Shown: one piece after another, positions 52,021 to 64,000 of the stretch
Layout: every line of letters begins with the position of its first letter
Numbering within the stretch: the stretch's first letter is position 1
Assembly: GCA_036785375.1 (NCBI GenBank)
Contig: JAWMAR010000424.1
Location: 1,178,001-1,242,000 of the forward strand
Source of the DNA: Leucoraja ocellata
Taxonomy: Eukaryota
Length of the DNA: 64,000 bases
Reading direction: 5' to 3'
Made by a program: the position numbers and the translations under genes
The notes under the pieces: model-generated
Told to the model about the DNA's origin: nothing
Databases searched by the model: none
What the model saw: only the letters and a program-made list of their open reading frames with translations

Positions 52021-53405
52021 ATCTAGTTGGCGATTGGATGGTTCCGTTGCCTGATAACAGCGGGGAAGAAACTGTCCCTGAATCTGGAGGTGTGCATTTT
52101 CACACTTCTATATCCTTTGTCTGATGGGAGAGGGGAGAAGAGGGAGTGGCCAGGATGCGACTCATCCTTGATTATGCTGCTGGCCTTGCCGAGGCAGCAT
52201 GAGGTATAAATGGAGTCAATGGAAGGGAGGTTGGTTTGTGCGATGGTCTGAGTTGTGTCCACAATTCGCTGCAATATCGAGCGGTCTTGGTTGCAGCTGT
52301 TCCCAAACAAGGCGATAAAATGCTTCCCACAGTGTATCTGTAGAAGTTGGTGGGAGTTGTAGGGGATGTTTTGGATGTGCCTATCAAAAAGTCTCCTAAA
52401 TGTCACTATCGTAACTGCCTCCACCACCACCCCTGTTAAAGTGCATTCCAGGCATCCACCACCCTCTGTGTAAATAAACTTGCCCCACACATCTCCTTTA
52501 AACTTTGCTCCTCTAACCTTAAAGCAGCGGCTTCTAGTATTTGATATTTTCATCCTGGGAAAATGGTTCTGACTGTCTTCCCTACCTGCGTCTCTCATAA
52601 TTTGATATGCTTCAATCAGGTCTTTCTACAACCTCTGGCATTCCAGAGAAAACAATCCAAGTCTGTCCAAGCTCTCCCTGTAGCTAATGCCCTTGAATCC
52701 ATCCATTCTGGGAAATCTCCTCTGCACTCTCTCCAAACCTTCCAGACCCTTCCTGTAATGGGGTGAACAGAAGTGTGAAAACGCACACCTCCAGATTCAT
52801 GGACAGTTTCTTCCCAGCTATTATCAGGCAGCAGAACCACCCTACCACAAGTGGAGAGTAGTCCTGAACTACTATCTACTTCATTCGTGACCTTTGGACT
52901 ATCTTTAATCTGACTTTACTGGCTTTATTTTGCACTAGGGGTAATTCCCTTATCATGCATCTGTACACTGTGAATGGTTTGATGTAATCATGTATTGTCT
53001 TTCCACTGACTGGTTAGCATGCAACCAAAGTATTTTATGTACCTCTTTACATGTGACAATAAACTAAACTGACATGAAACCGAACTGCCCACAACAGTCT
53101 AAATGCAGGTGAAACAAAGTCCCATGAAGCTGAATCATGACTTCCTGACTCTTATACTCAAAGCCCCAACCAATGAATGCAAGCACACCATGTGCCTACT
53201 TTATCATATTAATGTCTTCAGATGCTAATGGTTCTAACATTCCTAACTCTGATGAAGAGACCCCAGCCTGAGGAAATGACCCTGCTCCATTCCCTGGCAA
53301 TGTTTTGGACCTGCTTAGTGCTTCCAGTATTGTCTGCTTTTGTTTTCTATCTCCAGCACCTGCAGTCTCTTCCTTTAATATTTAAATGTACATTTTTTAA
53401 TGCAG

Positions 53406-53717
53406 CTCGACCAAACGTTATATTGACAGAGTCCATCACAACTGAGAAAGGTTCAGAAGTTTCTCTGACATGCAAAGCCAGTGGATTTTACCCTCGACCG
53501 ATAAAGATCACCTGGGTGAAGATAACAGGAAGAAGAAATGTTTCCATGACTAACTATACAACTCAAATCACTGCCAATGGTGATCGCACTTTCAATGCTG
53601 AGAGTGAACTGAAGATTCACCCGACATTGAAGGATAATGGTGATCAATACAGATGCGTTGTGACACATCAAACATTACTGAATGGTCTCACAATAGAACC
53701 TTCTCTCATCGTGCCAG
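53406..53717 (+). CDS. NCR3LG1: B7-H6/NCR3LG1-like gene, Ig C1-set domain exon
   Basis: Acceptor ttttttaatgcag|, donor G|GTGAGT, 312 nt, phase 1-1. C1 motifs: LTCKASGFYPRPIKITW, NGDRTFNAESELKI, YRCVVTHQTL. Confidence 0.92.
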
Positions 53718-56000
53718 GTGAGTTGAACACAGTGCGAGAGTCTAGGACCAGAGGCTACAGCCTCAGAATCAAGGACGCACCTTTAGACAGATGTGGAGGA
53801 ATTTCTTTAGTCAGAGGGCGGTGAATCTTTGGAATTCATTGCCACAGACGGCTGTGGAGGCCAAGTCATTGGGCATTTTTAAGACAGATTGTTGGATTCT
53901 TGATTAGTACGGGTGTCGGGGTTATGGGGACAAGCTAGGAGATTGCGATTGGGTGGGAAAGATAGATCAGCCATAATTGAAAGGTGGAGTAGACTTGATG
54001 AATTAGTCTGAATTGCCTAATTCTGCTCCTATCATATGAATTTGAACTTATCTAAGCATTTGGCCCTTATCCCTCTAAACTTTTCCTATCCATGTACTGT
54101 ACAAAAATCTTTTAAATGCTGTTATAGTACCAGCCCTAACTCCCTCCTCTGGCAGCTTGTTCCATTTACCCACCGCCCTCTGAATGTGACCGTTTCCCCT
54201 CTGCTTCCTATCTTTCCCCACTCACCTATGTCCCCTGGTTCTTGATTCCCCTTGGCTGGGGGGTAAAAGTCTCTGTGCATCCACCCCATCTATTCCTCTC
54301 ATGATTCAATACACATTTAATAATTAAATAATTAGAGGTATTAGCCTTTTGTAATGAGCGCTGATGTACATCATCCATGAATAAAGTGAGGGGTCAGATG
54401 TGAAGTGCATCAGGACACTCAGCTCTGGAGATAACTGTTTCACTGATGGAGTCAGTGTGTGGCTCAGCGGCAAAATGGATTCAGGGCAATGAGCAGTGTT
54501 CCACAGTTGAATCACCACCGGTTCAATGTTTGTCTGGTTATGTCTAACAAGTCAGGTTCTAGAAAATTAATCTAGATATATACAACTTTGCAGATTGCCA
54601 TATGTCTAGAAACTTGTACATAAAGGACCACTGATCATACCCAGAGACTGGGGCAGCACAGAATTGCATCAAGTAGAGTTGCTGCCTCATGGCTCCAGAG
54701 ACCTAGGTTCGATCCTGACCACGGGTGCCGTCTGTGTGGAGTTTGCCCATGCTCCCTGTGTCCACGTGGGTTTTCTCCAGGTGCTCCAGCTTCCACCAGC
54801 ATCACAAGGACGTGCAGGATTGTAGGTTAATTGGCCCTCTGTAAATTGCCCCTAGTTTGTAGGGAGAAGATGAGAAAGTGGGATAACATAGAACTAGTGT
54901 GAACAGGTGATCGATGGTCAGCATGGTCTTGGTGGGCTTTAGGGTCTGATCAATCAATTCAATCTCTCAATTCAATTCAATACAATTCATCAAATCAAGG
55001 ATTATTAACACATTCCTGGCCATTTAAGTCAATCTAATGCTTCTTTTATTCAAAAACCAGAAATCAAATTACTCTTTAATTATAATCTGCATCATGGTGA
55101 TGATATGTATAATCCTTGGAATCTTAAATGCTGCAGCTGTTTCACACCCGGGAAATAAACACAATATGTACCAGTTAAGTACAGAACCTAGAACAGTACA
55201 GCACAGGAGCAGGCCCTTCAGCCCACAATGTTGAACATGATGCCAAGATAAACTCATCTTCTCTGCCTGTGTGTGGCCCATGTCCCTCCATTCCCTGCAT
55301 ATCCATGTGTCTATTTATAAACCTCCCAAACGCCACTATCGTTCGTATCTGCCTCCACCACACATAGCAGTGCAGTTCACGGCATCCACTCTCTGTTTAA
55401 AAACATGCCCTGTACATCTTGTTTAAACTTTACTCTCTCACCTTAAAACTATGCTGTCCAGATTCTCACTAATACACCCTGGGTAAATATTCTGACTGCA
55501 CCTTATCTATTTCTCTCACAATTGTATATACTTCCATCAGTTCTCCCCTCCACTTCCGTCATTCCAAAGAAAACAATCCAAATCTATCCAACCTCTCAGT
55601 GTAGCTGATCCCCCTAATCCAAGCAAGCGCTCTGATAAACCTCTTCTGCACCCTTTCCAAAGCCTCCACATTCTTTATGTTACGGGGTGACCAGAACTAC
55701 ACCAATTCCATGAGGGATTAAACCAATCTGATAAGTAGAATAAGTTAGTGATACATTCTGTGGAATATTGTACATAAATCAAAATGCTGGAGGAACTGAA
55801 CGGGTCAGGCAGCATCTGTGGAAGGAATGGAGAGGTGATGTTTCCTCCACAGATGCTGCCTGACCCACTGAGTTCCTCCAGCACTTTGTGTTTTGTTCAA
55901 GATTCCAGCATCTGCAGATTCTAGTGTCTCTGATGAATGTTGTAAATGGCCTAGTATATGTATTATTCACGTTTTCATAGATCTATGCCTGTTTTAACAG

Positions 56001-56102
56001 AACATGGAAAAACAATGCTGATTATCGGAGGCATCTGTAGCATCGGCATATTTCTCTGTGTTGTGTGCATAGCATTTTATACGTGGAAGAAGAAATTTAA
56101 AG
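56001..56102 (+). CDS. NCR3LG1: B7-H6-like gene, transmembrane exon
   Basis: Acceptor gttttaacag|, donor G|GTAAAC, 102 nt, phase 1-1. Reads EHGKTMLIIGGICSIGIFLCVVCIAFYTWKKKFK: a hydrophobic helix followed by a basic stop-transfer motif. Confidence 0.85.
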
Positions 56103-56336
56103 GTAAACGCTTTTCCATCTTATAGCAATCAACAAAAAATGAAAATTCTGACTGTCTACCCAATCTATGTCTCTCATCATTTTATTTACTTGCATCAGAT
56201 CTCCCCTCAACCTCTGGCATTCCAGAGAAAGATATATTGTCCAGAAAGCTGGAATTGATCTGTGTATTTTTATACTTTTTAAACTGGCACCTGGTCAGCT
56301 TGTTTCCCGGCTAATTGTCTTGTTTATGTTGTTCAG

Positions 56337-56414
56337 GACCGGTAAATACAACGGACGTTGAAGACCCAAACCGTACACCACTTATCGCCAAGACGGGCTC
56401 ACAAACTGCACGAG
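56337..56414 (+). CDS. B7-H6-like gene, first cytoplasmic exon
   Basis: Branch-point-like ctaat, T-rich tract, gttcag| acceptor and G|GTAATT donor. 78 nt, phase 1-1, open: GPVNTTDVEDPNRTPLIAKTGSQTAR. Confidence 0.7.
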
Positions 56415-56715
56415 GTAATTGATTATGGTGATTAATTATATCGAATACAAGATTCCTATTCTTCCCACGACACACACAATTAGATGAACTTTTAAACCAA
56501 GTTTTGAAACATTAGTACAAAACCACGGGTGCTGTCTGTATGGAGTTTGCACGTTCTCTCTGTGACTGTGCGGGTTTTCTCCATGTTCATAAGTTCATAG
56601 GTTATAGGTTATAGAAATTGGCCATTCATAATCAAACAGTCATACAATGATACAACTTGGAAACAGGCCCTTCGGCCCACCTTGCCCACACCGGCCAACA
56701 TGTCCCAGCTACATT

Positions 56716-56779
56716 AGTCCCGGTGAGGGCGAAAGGCAAGCAATGAATCTGGAAAATCAAAGTGCAGGAAAATGGGAAG
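56716..56779 (+). pseudogene. 5'-truncated copy of the 90-nt cytoplasmic repeat exon
   Basis: SPGEGERQAMNLENQSAGKWE plus G|GTAATGCTTTT matches the last 64 nt and the donor flank of exon 6347-6436. The acceptor and first 26 nt are replaced by a LINE-tail remnant. Confidence 0.75.
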
Positions 56780-56799
56780 GTAATGCTTTTACTGAAACA

Positions 56800-59294
56800 T
56801 CAAGTCAACTTTATTTGTCACATACTCATACAAGATGTCCAGTGAAATGAGAGTGGCAATGCTTGCGTGATTGTGCAAAACAACATGAAAGAACAAACAT
56901 AACCAGTATTTACATTTAAAAAAGTAGATGCAACAGCATGAGATCAGAGTTTACAGTCCTAATGGCCTGTGGGAAGGAACTCCATCTCATCCTCTCTGTT
57001 TTCGCAGTGTGACAGCGGAGGCGTTTGCCTGACCGCAGCTGCTGGAACAGTCCGTTGCTGGGGTGGTAGGGGTCCTTCATGATCCTGCTGGCTTTGGATC
57101 TGCACCTCCTGGTGTATAGGTCCTGAAGGGGGGATGATGTAGTTCCTGTGGTGTGTTTGGCAGAATGCACTACTCTCTGCACTATTCTCTGCAGAGCCTT
57201 CCTGTCCTGGGCAGAGCTGTTGCCAAACCAGATGGAGATGTATCTGGCAGGATGCTTTCTACAGCACCAGAGTAGAAGGAATGAAGGATCCTCAGAGAGT
57301 CTCTGAATTTCAGCTGCCTGAGGTGGTAAAGGCTCTGCCTTGCCTTTCTCACCAGTTTGGCAATGAATGTTGTCCATGTCAGATCCTCTGTGATGTGGAC
57401 TCCCAGGTATTTACAGCTGCTCACCCTATCCACAGTAGTCCCATTAATCCCCAGTGGTGTGTACGTTCTCAGTTGTTGTGTCCTTCTAAAGTCCATAATC
57501 AGCTTCTTAGTTTTTGTGACATTCAAGAGGAGACTGTTGTCCTGACACCAGAGTGCCAGATCAGCCACCTCCTCCAGGTAGACCTTCTTATCGTTATCGG
57601 AGATCAGGCCCACCACCACTGTGTCATCAGCAAACTTGATGATGGAGTTGGAGCTGAACCTGGCCACACAGTCATGTGTGTACAGGGAGTACAGTAGGGG
57701 GCTGAGGCCACAACCCTGGCGGGATCCTGTGGTAAGGGTGTGGGGGTTGGAGGTATGTCTCCCCATCTTGACCACCTGGTGCCTGGCGGTGAGAAAGTCC
57801 AGGACCCAGGCACACAGGGGAGTGTTCAGTCCCAGTTCCAGCAGCTTCTCAGCAAGTCTGGTGGGGACTATGGTGTTGAAAGCTGAACTGAAATCAATGA
57901 ACAGCATCGTCACATAGCCCCCCTTCTGGCTGTCAAGGTGAGAGAGAGTGGTGTGTGAAACCTGGGAGACCGCATCATCCATGGATCTGTTTGGACGGTA
58001 TGCGAACTGCAGCGGGTCCATGGTACGAGGGAGGAAGGCGCAGATGTAGTCCTTCATCAGTCTCTCAAAGCATTTCATGACCAGTGAGGTGAGGGCTACT
58101 GGTCGGTAGTCATCAAGCAGGCTGGAGAGATATTCTTAGACAATGGGACAATAGTGGATCACAGGCTGGGACCACGGACTTGGCCAGGGAGAGGTTGAAT
58201 ATTGTGATGAACACTGGAACTAGCTGATTAGCTACTTTAGTACTTGCCCAGATATACCATCTGGGCCAACAGCTTTCCTCGTGTTCACATGCATTAGAGC
58301 CCTCCTCATGTCGTGCTCAGACACTGAGAATGTGTGCATATCCCCAGCAGTGGAACTCACTCCAGCCGTGTTAGCCAGCGCGTTGATGATGTTGTTGTTG
58401 TTAGCCGGCGAGCTAGGGATAATGTTGTCACCTCAAATCGTGCATAGAAAGAGTTCAGGTCATCAGCTAATGAGGTGCCGCCACTCCCGGTTGAGTGGGT
58501 CTGCTCTGGTAATGGTTATAGTCCGTAGCCCCTGCCAAAGGCATCTGGTGTCATGCTGTTCCAGCTGCCACTCCATCCTGTCCCTGTACCTGCTTTTTGC
58601 GTCCTTCACCGCCCTCCGCAGTTTGTAGGACTCTGCCTTGTAGTCATCCATGTTGCCGGATGCCAGGCCGGAGTTGTTAGCAGCGGTGCGATTATTCAAA
58701 GCAACGCGAATAGACCTGTCCACCCAGGGTTGTTGGTTAGGAAAGATGCTAACCCTTACCATGGGGATGATGTTGTCGGCTAGTGTTGCTATGAAGTCTG
58801 TGACAGCTTCCGTAAACTCACTGACGTATCTGGAACCTGAGTGGAACATATTCCAGTCAACGTCACTCAGTGCATCCTGTAGCATGGGCTCTAAATGGTC
58901 AGACCACCACTTTACGTCCTTCGTCACTGCCGCTTACCGTACTATCCGTTGTTTATACTCTGACAGCAGAAAATTGGCAGCTCGGTCAGATTTTCCAAAA
59001 GGAGGGAGAGAAACGGCCTTGTATCCTTTCTTGAATGGTGTGTAACAGTGGTCCAATGTTCTTTCCCCCCTGGAAACACAAGTGATGAGTTGGCAGAAGT
59101 TAGGCATAATGTTTTTGAGGTTCGCCCAATGAAAATCCCCAGCCACCACCATAGCCGTGTCAGGATGCTTGTTCTGATGCCGACATAACACATCATGTAG
59201 GACCGATAGTGCCGTGTCGGTGTCCACATGCGGTGGTATGTAGACCGCTGTTATGATGACTCTGCTGAACTCCAGTGGAAGGTAGAATGGATGG
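56800..59294 (-). mobile_element. Degenerate Rex1/Babar LINE, interrupted at 59295 by a Gypsy element
   Basis: [39 protein letters not shown]; endonuclease motifs AGDF and TLDHCY. Confidence 0.9.
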
Positions 59295-62200
59295 TGTAAA
59301 GGGACTCAGTCTGACGCACTGTAGCCTTTACTAGAGCCTTTATTATAGCACTTGGCACACACGTCCCAGCACTGGCTGCACCCAGCCTTCAGGCGTACCA
59401 GGACAAAAATGGGAGGAAGGAAGGGGAGGAGATCATAGTTATACTGATATGATGGGGCGTGTTAATGGTGATGAGGTAGCTACATTATAGGTTGCATGCA
59501 TAAACCATCTACATCCTTTCCCATACAATTTAAACAAAGTTGCAAAAGTAGCAGGTTAATTATACAGGACCTGCAAAACTAAACGAAGTCTCCGTAGCGA
59601 TCCGGAGCTTTGACAATCTGACCCGAGCTTGTGCGCACAGCACCCTCACCCTCCCCACCCGAAAGAAGAGAGGGCAGAATGGGAACAGGAACAGGGGGGA
59701 AGGAGAAGGCTGGCGGGGACACCGGCTGCAAGGGGGAACCGGCAGGCACCGGGGAACCAGGTGAGAGAGAAGGGGAGGAACGAACGGCAGTTGGAGAGAG
59801 AGAGAGACGGGCAGGAGGAGAGTGGATCGGAGAGCGGAAACCGGGAAGGGCAGAGGGAGGAAGGCGAGGGACGCGAACCGACCGAGGCATGTTACGGGCA
59901 GAGGGCATGTTACTGGAGAGGGGCACCGCAGGCGGAGGAGAATAAGGAACAGCAGGAGGAGGTTTCGGCTCTCTGATCGCCAACAGGTGCTGGCGGCTGC
60001 GCCGGTAGATAGTGCCCTCATAGTCCACCAAGTAGGAACGCGGCGAATCGTCGACCCCCACCACGGTAGCGAGCTTGGAGAAACCGGTAGATGTCTGCAA
60101 CCGGACGACCTGGCCTGGCAGTAGTGGGGAGAGAGGACGGCTGGACTTGTCGTGCGAGTGGCGCTGGATTTCGTGCTTTTGAGCAATCCGCTGCTGGACG
60201 GCAGAAGGCTGCAGGACCCTGGGCACCAGAGTTTGCTGGGCAATCGGCATCGGAGGGCGAATAACGCGGGACATGAGCCGTTGGGCAGGCGATTTCATGG
60301 TACTGTCTCTGGATATATTCCGAAGGTTCAACAACCCCTGGTAGAAATCACCATTAGAGAGATAGGACTGTTCAAGCAGGTGCTTTGCACTGCGCACAGC
60401 GCGCTCAGCCAGGCCATTGCTCTGCGGGTACTCTGGACTGCTGGTGTAATGATCGAAGTTCCACTCGCAGCGAAGGCTTTAAACGCAGCGCTAGTGAACT
60501 GGCGGCCGTTGTCAGTCTGTAACCGGACAGGAGATCCAAACGTTGCGAAGTGGCGACGGAGCTTGCTGATGCCCATCACCGAGGTGATGGCAGGGAGAAG
60601 GTCCACCTCGAACCAGTTTGAGTAAGAATTTACCAAAACGAGGTACTGCTTTCCACGCCATTCAATAATGTCGGCAACCAGCGAGGACCATGGTATGTCA
60701 GGGGCAGGATGTTGTAGCAGCGGCTGACGCTGCTGATGCGGGGCAAGAGAGTTGCAGTCCGGGCAGGAGGCCACTCTGGCCTTGATGTACTTCGCCATGC
60801 CCGGCCAATAGTACTGTTCCTGGGCATGCGAGACGGTGGCGTCAGCCCCAGGATGCCCCATGTGGGCAGCATTGAAGTACAGGTCGTATAGTGAGGCAGG
60901 GACGACTAGTTTGTGGCCCTTGATGATAATGCCATCGATGAGCACCAGCTCATCACGAACCAGGAAGAAGGGGTGAACGCCAGCAGGTAAAGAGGTGCTT
61001 TTGACAGGCCATCCACGCCTGATGACAGCGGCAAGCTGTTGGAGATCGGGGTCGTCGGCGGTGTGTGCAGCCAGGCATTGGAGCTGCTTGGAAGGGACGA
61101 AGTTCATGTTCAGCACCTGTGGGTCATCCTGCTCGAAGGGGTGCTGGACACATGAGGTCCGGGGGGCCCAGGACAGCGCGTCAGCCACATGCATCTCGGT
61201 GCCCCTTTTGTAGACGATTTTAAAGTCAAAGCGCTGCAGCTGCAGCATCATCCGCTGCAGCCTGGCGGGAGCAACGTGGATAGGTTTGTTTAGGATCGTC
61301 ACCAGAGGTTGGTGATCCGTCTCGACAGTGAACCTGTTGCCAAAAAGGAAGTCTCGAAACTTTGAACAAGCGAATACAACTGCCAGCAGCTCCTTCTCAA
61401 TCTGCGCGTAGCGCTGCTCCGTGTCCGTCATGGTCCTAGAGGCATAGGAGACCGGCTGTAGAGAACCATCATCATGCGGCTGTAGACAAGCAGCACCCAG
61501 ACCAAAACGTGAGGTGTCACACGTTACCACCACAGGACGCTGCAAATCAAAGAACCTCAGAGTGGGTGTGCTGATCAGCTTTTTCTTCAGCAGGTCGAAA
61601 GCTTGCTGGTGGTGTGGGAACCAGGACCAGGCAATGTATTTTTTAGTAAGCTGTCTTAGGGGTGCGCTCAGCTCGCTGAGGTCAGGAATGAACTTGCCCA
61701 GGTAGTTGAGCATGCCCAGGAAGCGCTGTAGACCGGCAATATCAGTGGGGGCAGGCAGTTCAGAGATTGCGTTCGTCTTTTGCGGGTCGGGCTTCAACCC
61801 GTTGGCCGTGAAAATGTGGCCAACGTATGGGACCTCAGGTACTCGGCAACGACATTTTGACGGGTTCAACTTGAGATTTACCTGCCGTGCGCGGTCCAGG
61901 ATTCTGCGGAGATGGCGGTCATGCTCAGCCACATCTCTGCCGTAGACCAGAATGTCGTCCACAATAATCGCACAGGGTAGACCTGCAAACAGTTGCTCCA
62001 TAGAGTGCTGGAATACCTCACTAGCGGAGTTGATGCCGAACGGCATGCGTAAGAATTTAAACCTGCCGAAGGGTGTACCGAAGGTTGTTAAGTCAGAGGA
62101 GCGTTTGTCCAAGGGGTATTTGCCAAAATGAACTCCTGGCGTCGAGGACGGAAAACACCGTTGCTTGTCTGACTTGGGCGGCGACGTCTTCAACGGTCCG

Positions 62201-64000
62201 CATTGGGTAGTGGGGTCGCTTGATTGCCAAGTTCAAGTCCTTGGGGTTGATGCACACCCGTATCTCATCCTTTCCTTTTTTCATCGTGGCGACCATGGTG
62301 GAGACCCACTCGGTGGGCTCGCTGACTGACGCCAGAACACCCATATCGACCATGTCCTTTAGCATAGCCTCCACCTTGCCCTTCATGGCGAACGACACTC
62401 TGTGCGGCGGGCGAATTACAGGCACCACGGAGGGGTCAGTTGCAAGCTTGTACACTAGCGGCAGCTTCCCCAGCTTGCCGTCAAAAAGGTCTGGATACTC
62501 GGATAGCGGATCCATCACAGCTTGTACCTCGTGGACCGTCCGGTCGAAAGACACCAGACCGAGATCCTGGCAGGTCTGGTTGCTCAGCAAGGTGACACAG
62601 TCGCAATCCAGAATAAAGAACGACAGGTCACGGGACGATTTCTGCAGCACACAGTGGAAAGTGGCCCTCCCCACAGGTGTTAGTTCCTCTCCCCCATAGG
62701 CACGCAAAACAGAGCGATCGGCAGTTAACAGCTCATTATTTCTTATCTTGTTGAAAAGCGATGTTGACATAACATTGACTTTTGCACCAGTATCGAGTTT
62801 AGCAGAGAATGACTTGTTATTCACCGTAATGAGCACAGAAGGATCAGGGAGGCGAGAGTGGCTGTGAAGGACTGTGTAAACACTTGACTCTCCCATGGAA
62901 TATCCGATCACAGAGTCGTGGGCAGTGTCGACAGTAGACTGAGAGTCCATCTCACTATCAAGTTGCTGAAGGTTGTTTAGGATTTGCTTAGTAGCTGGTG
63001 GCACTTTCCCACGGGAACGGCATGCAGCTGCAAAATGATTCATTTTCTTACAGAAATTGCAGGATTTTCCGAAAGCCGGGCACTGAGACTGCACGGGGTG
63101 GACATAGTTACAATTAGGATACTTAGGAGCCCGCGGGTCCCGAGACGTACGGGCGGGCCGCGGTGGAGGGCGAGAGTTGTCCTGCAAACGTCGTGGCCCT
63201 GTAACGCCAGTCAGATGGACAGCGCGGCTGTCAAATCCCCTCACCCCATGCGTAGGGGCTACCACCTCGGCGATGCGGCACGCATTGCCTGAGTCAGGGT
63301 CAGGTCAGGTCAGGTCAGGTCGTTGCAGCAAATCAGCACGTAACTTCTGGTCTAACATGCCAGTAACTAGAATGTCCCTGGTGAGCTGGTCACGCATATT
63401 CTCAAAACGGCACCGCTGAGCAAGGTAGCGCAGGTCAGCGATGAAACACTCGACAGGTTCATCTGGCTGTTGCTTCCGCGAGAAAAACCTAGCCCGCTCC
63501 AATATGCGGTTGGAGGGCAGGTCGCAAATCTCGGTAAATTTACGCAAAAGACATACCGGGTCGTCGGCACATTCAGCTGGCACGACGGGCTGGCCGTTGT
63601 CATCCAGGACCGCTGGATCATAGACGAAAGCCTGAGCTCTCTTTATAGCATTGGGACCTGCTAGATTAAGCAGGAGGGAGGCACAGACCGCAGCTGGGTC
63701 ATTTCTGTGCACAATGTTGACGAAGTGGGTGTAGTCCATTACAAAAGTAGCCCATCGGTCCGCAATGTCTGCATCAAAGACAAGGGGAGAAGGTTTCCTG
63801 CACGAGGAGGCCATTAAAACTGACAGGGAATTACGGGCAAGAATAAAAAGAAAACCGGTAAACGGGAGGCGCGAGTCTAACTATCTGACACCATGTAAAG
63901 GGACTCAGTCTGACGCACTAGCCTTTACTAGAGCCTTTATTATAGCACATGGCACACACGTCCCAGCACTGGCTGCACCCAGCCTTCAGGCGATCCAGGA
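59295..64000 (-). mobile_element. Near full-length Ty3/Gypsy LTR retrotransposon (3' LTR 59295-59513; 5' LTR from 63894 beyond window; gag ATG 63814)
   Basis: Matching LTR sequences; PBS TGGTGTCAGA (tRNA-Leu-like); PPT gggaaagga. Gag CCHC, protease LDTGA, RT IVDDIL, RNase H and integrase TDNGRQF, in protease-RT-RH-IN order. A few frameshifts. Confidence 0.95.

Noticed and set aside
53222-53405. Hydrophobic N-terminal extension of ORF 53222-53824 as a signal or TM segment
   Set aside because: It is intronic repeat remnant upstream of a clear acceptor at 53405.
44332-53717. Rearranging antigen-receptor (Ig/TCR) V segment or MHC/tapasin assignment
   Set aside because: The V exon already includes its G strand and ends in a splice donor. 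I saw no recombination signal, peptide-binding domain or tapasin N-terminal exons; B7-H6 fits better, pending phylogeny.

Overview
Repeat-dense vertebrate genomic DNA. The repeat repertoire (CR1/HER1-like LINEs, tRNA-type SINEs, Penelope remnants) suggests a cartilaginous fish such as a skate or ray; this is an inference. Most of the window is transposable elements: four Gypsy LTR retrotransposons, many CR1 copies, Rex1/Babar, L1/Tx1, L2 and RTE fragments, a DIRS element, a non-autonomous DNA transposon, GC-rich non-coding retroposons and a 21-bp satellite. Small exons between them, which the ORF track does not join, give three host units. (1) A + strand B7-H6/NCR3LG1-like gene: leader exon (in two tandem copies), Ig V 44332-44664, Ig C1 53406-53717, TM 56001-56102 and cytoplasmic 56337-56414, all phase 1; it probably continues past the window. 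(2) The 3' end of a probable upstream paralogue: three homologous 90-nt phase 1-1 exons (6347, 10657, 14005) encoding a 30-aa charged repeat, plus a terminal exon at 15034-15143. A broken copy of that 90-nt exon also lies in the downstream gene. (3) Two orphan - strand exons of a 2-oxoglutarate/Fe(II) dioxygenase between the two genes. The best candidate for an undescribed system is a tandem B7-H6-like cluster whose cytoplasmic tails are built from duplicated, frame-preserving 90-nt cassette exons. All assignments are by eye, without database searches.
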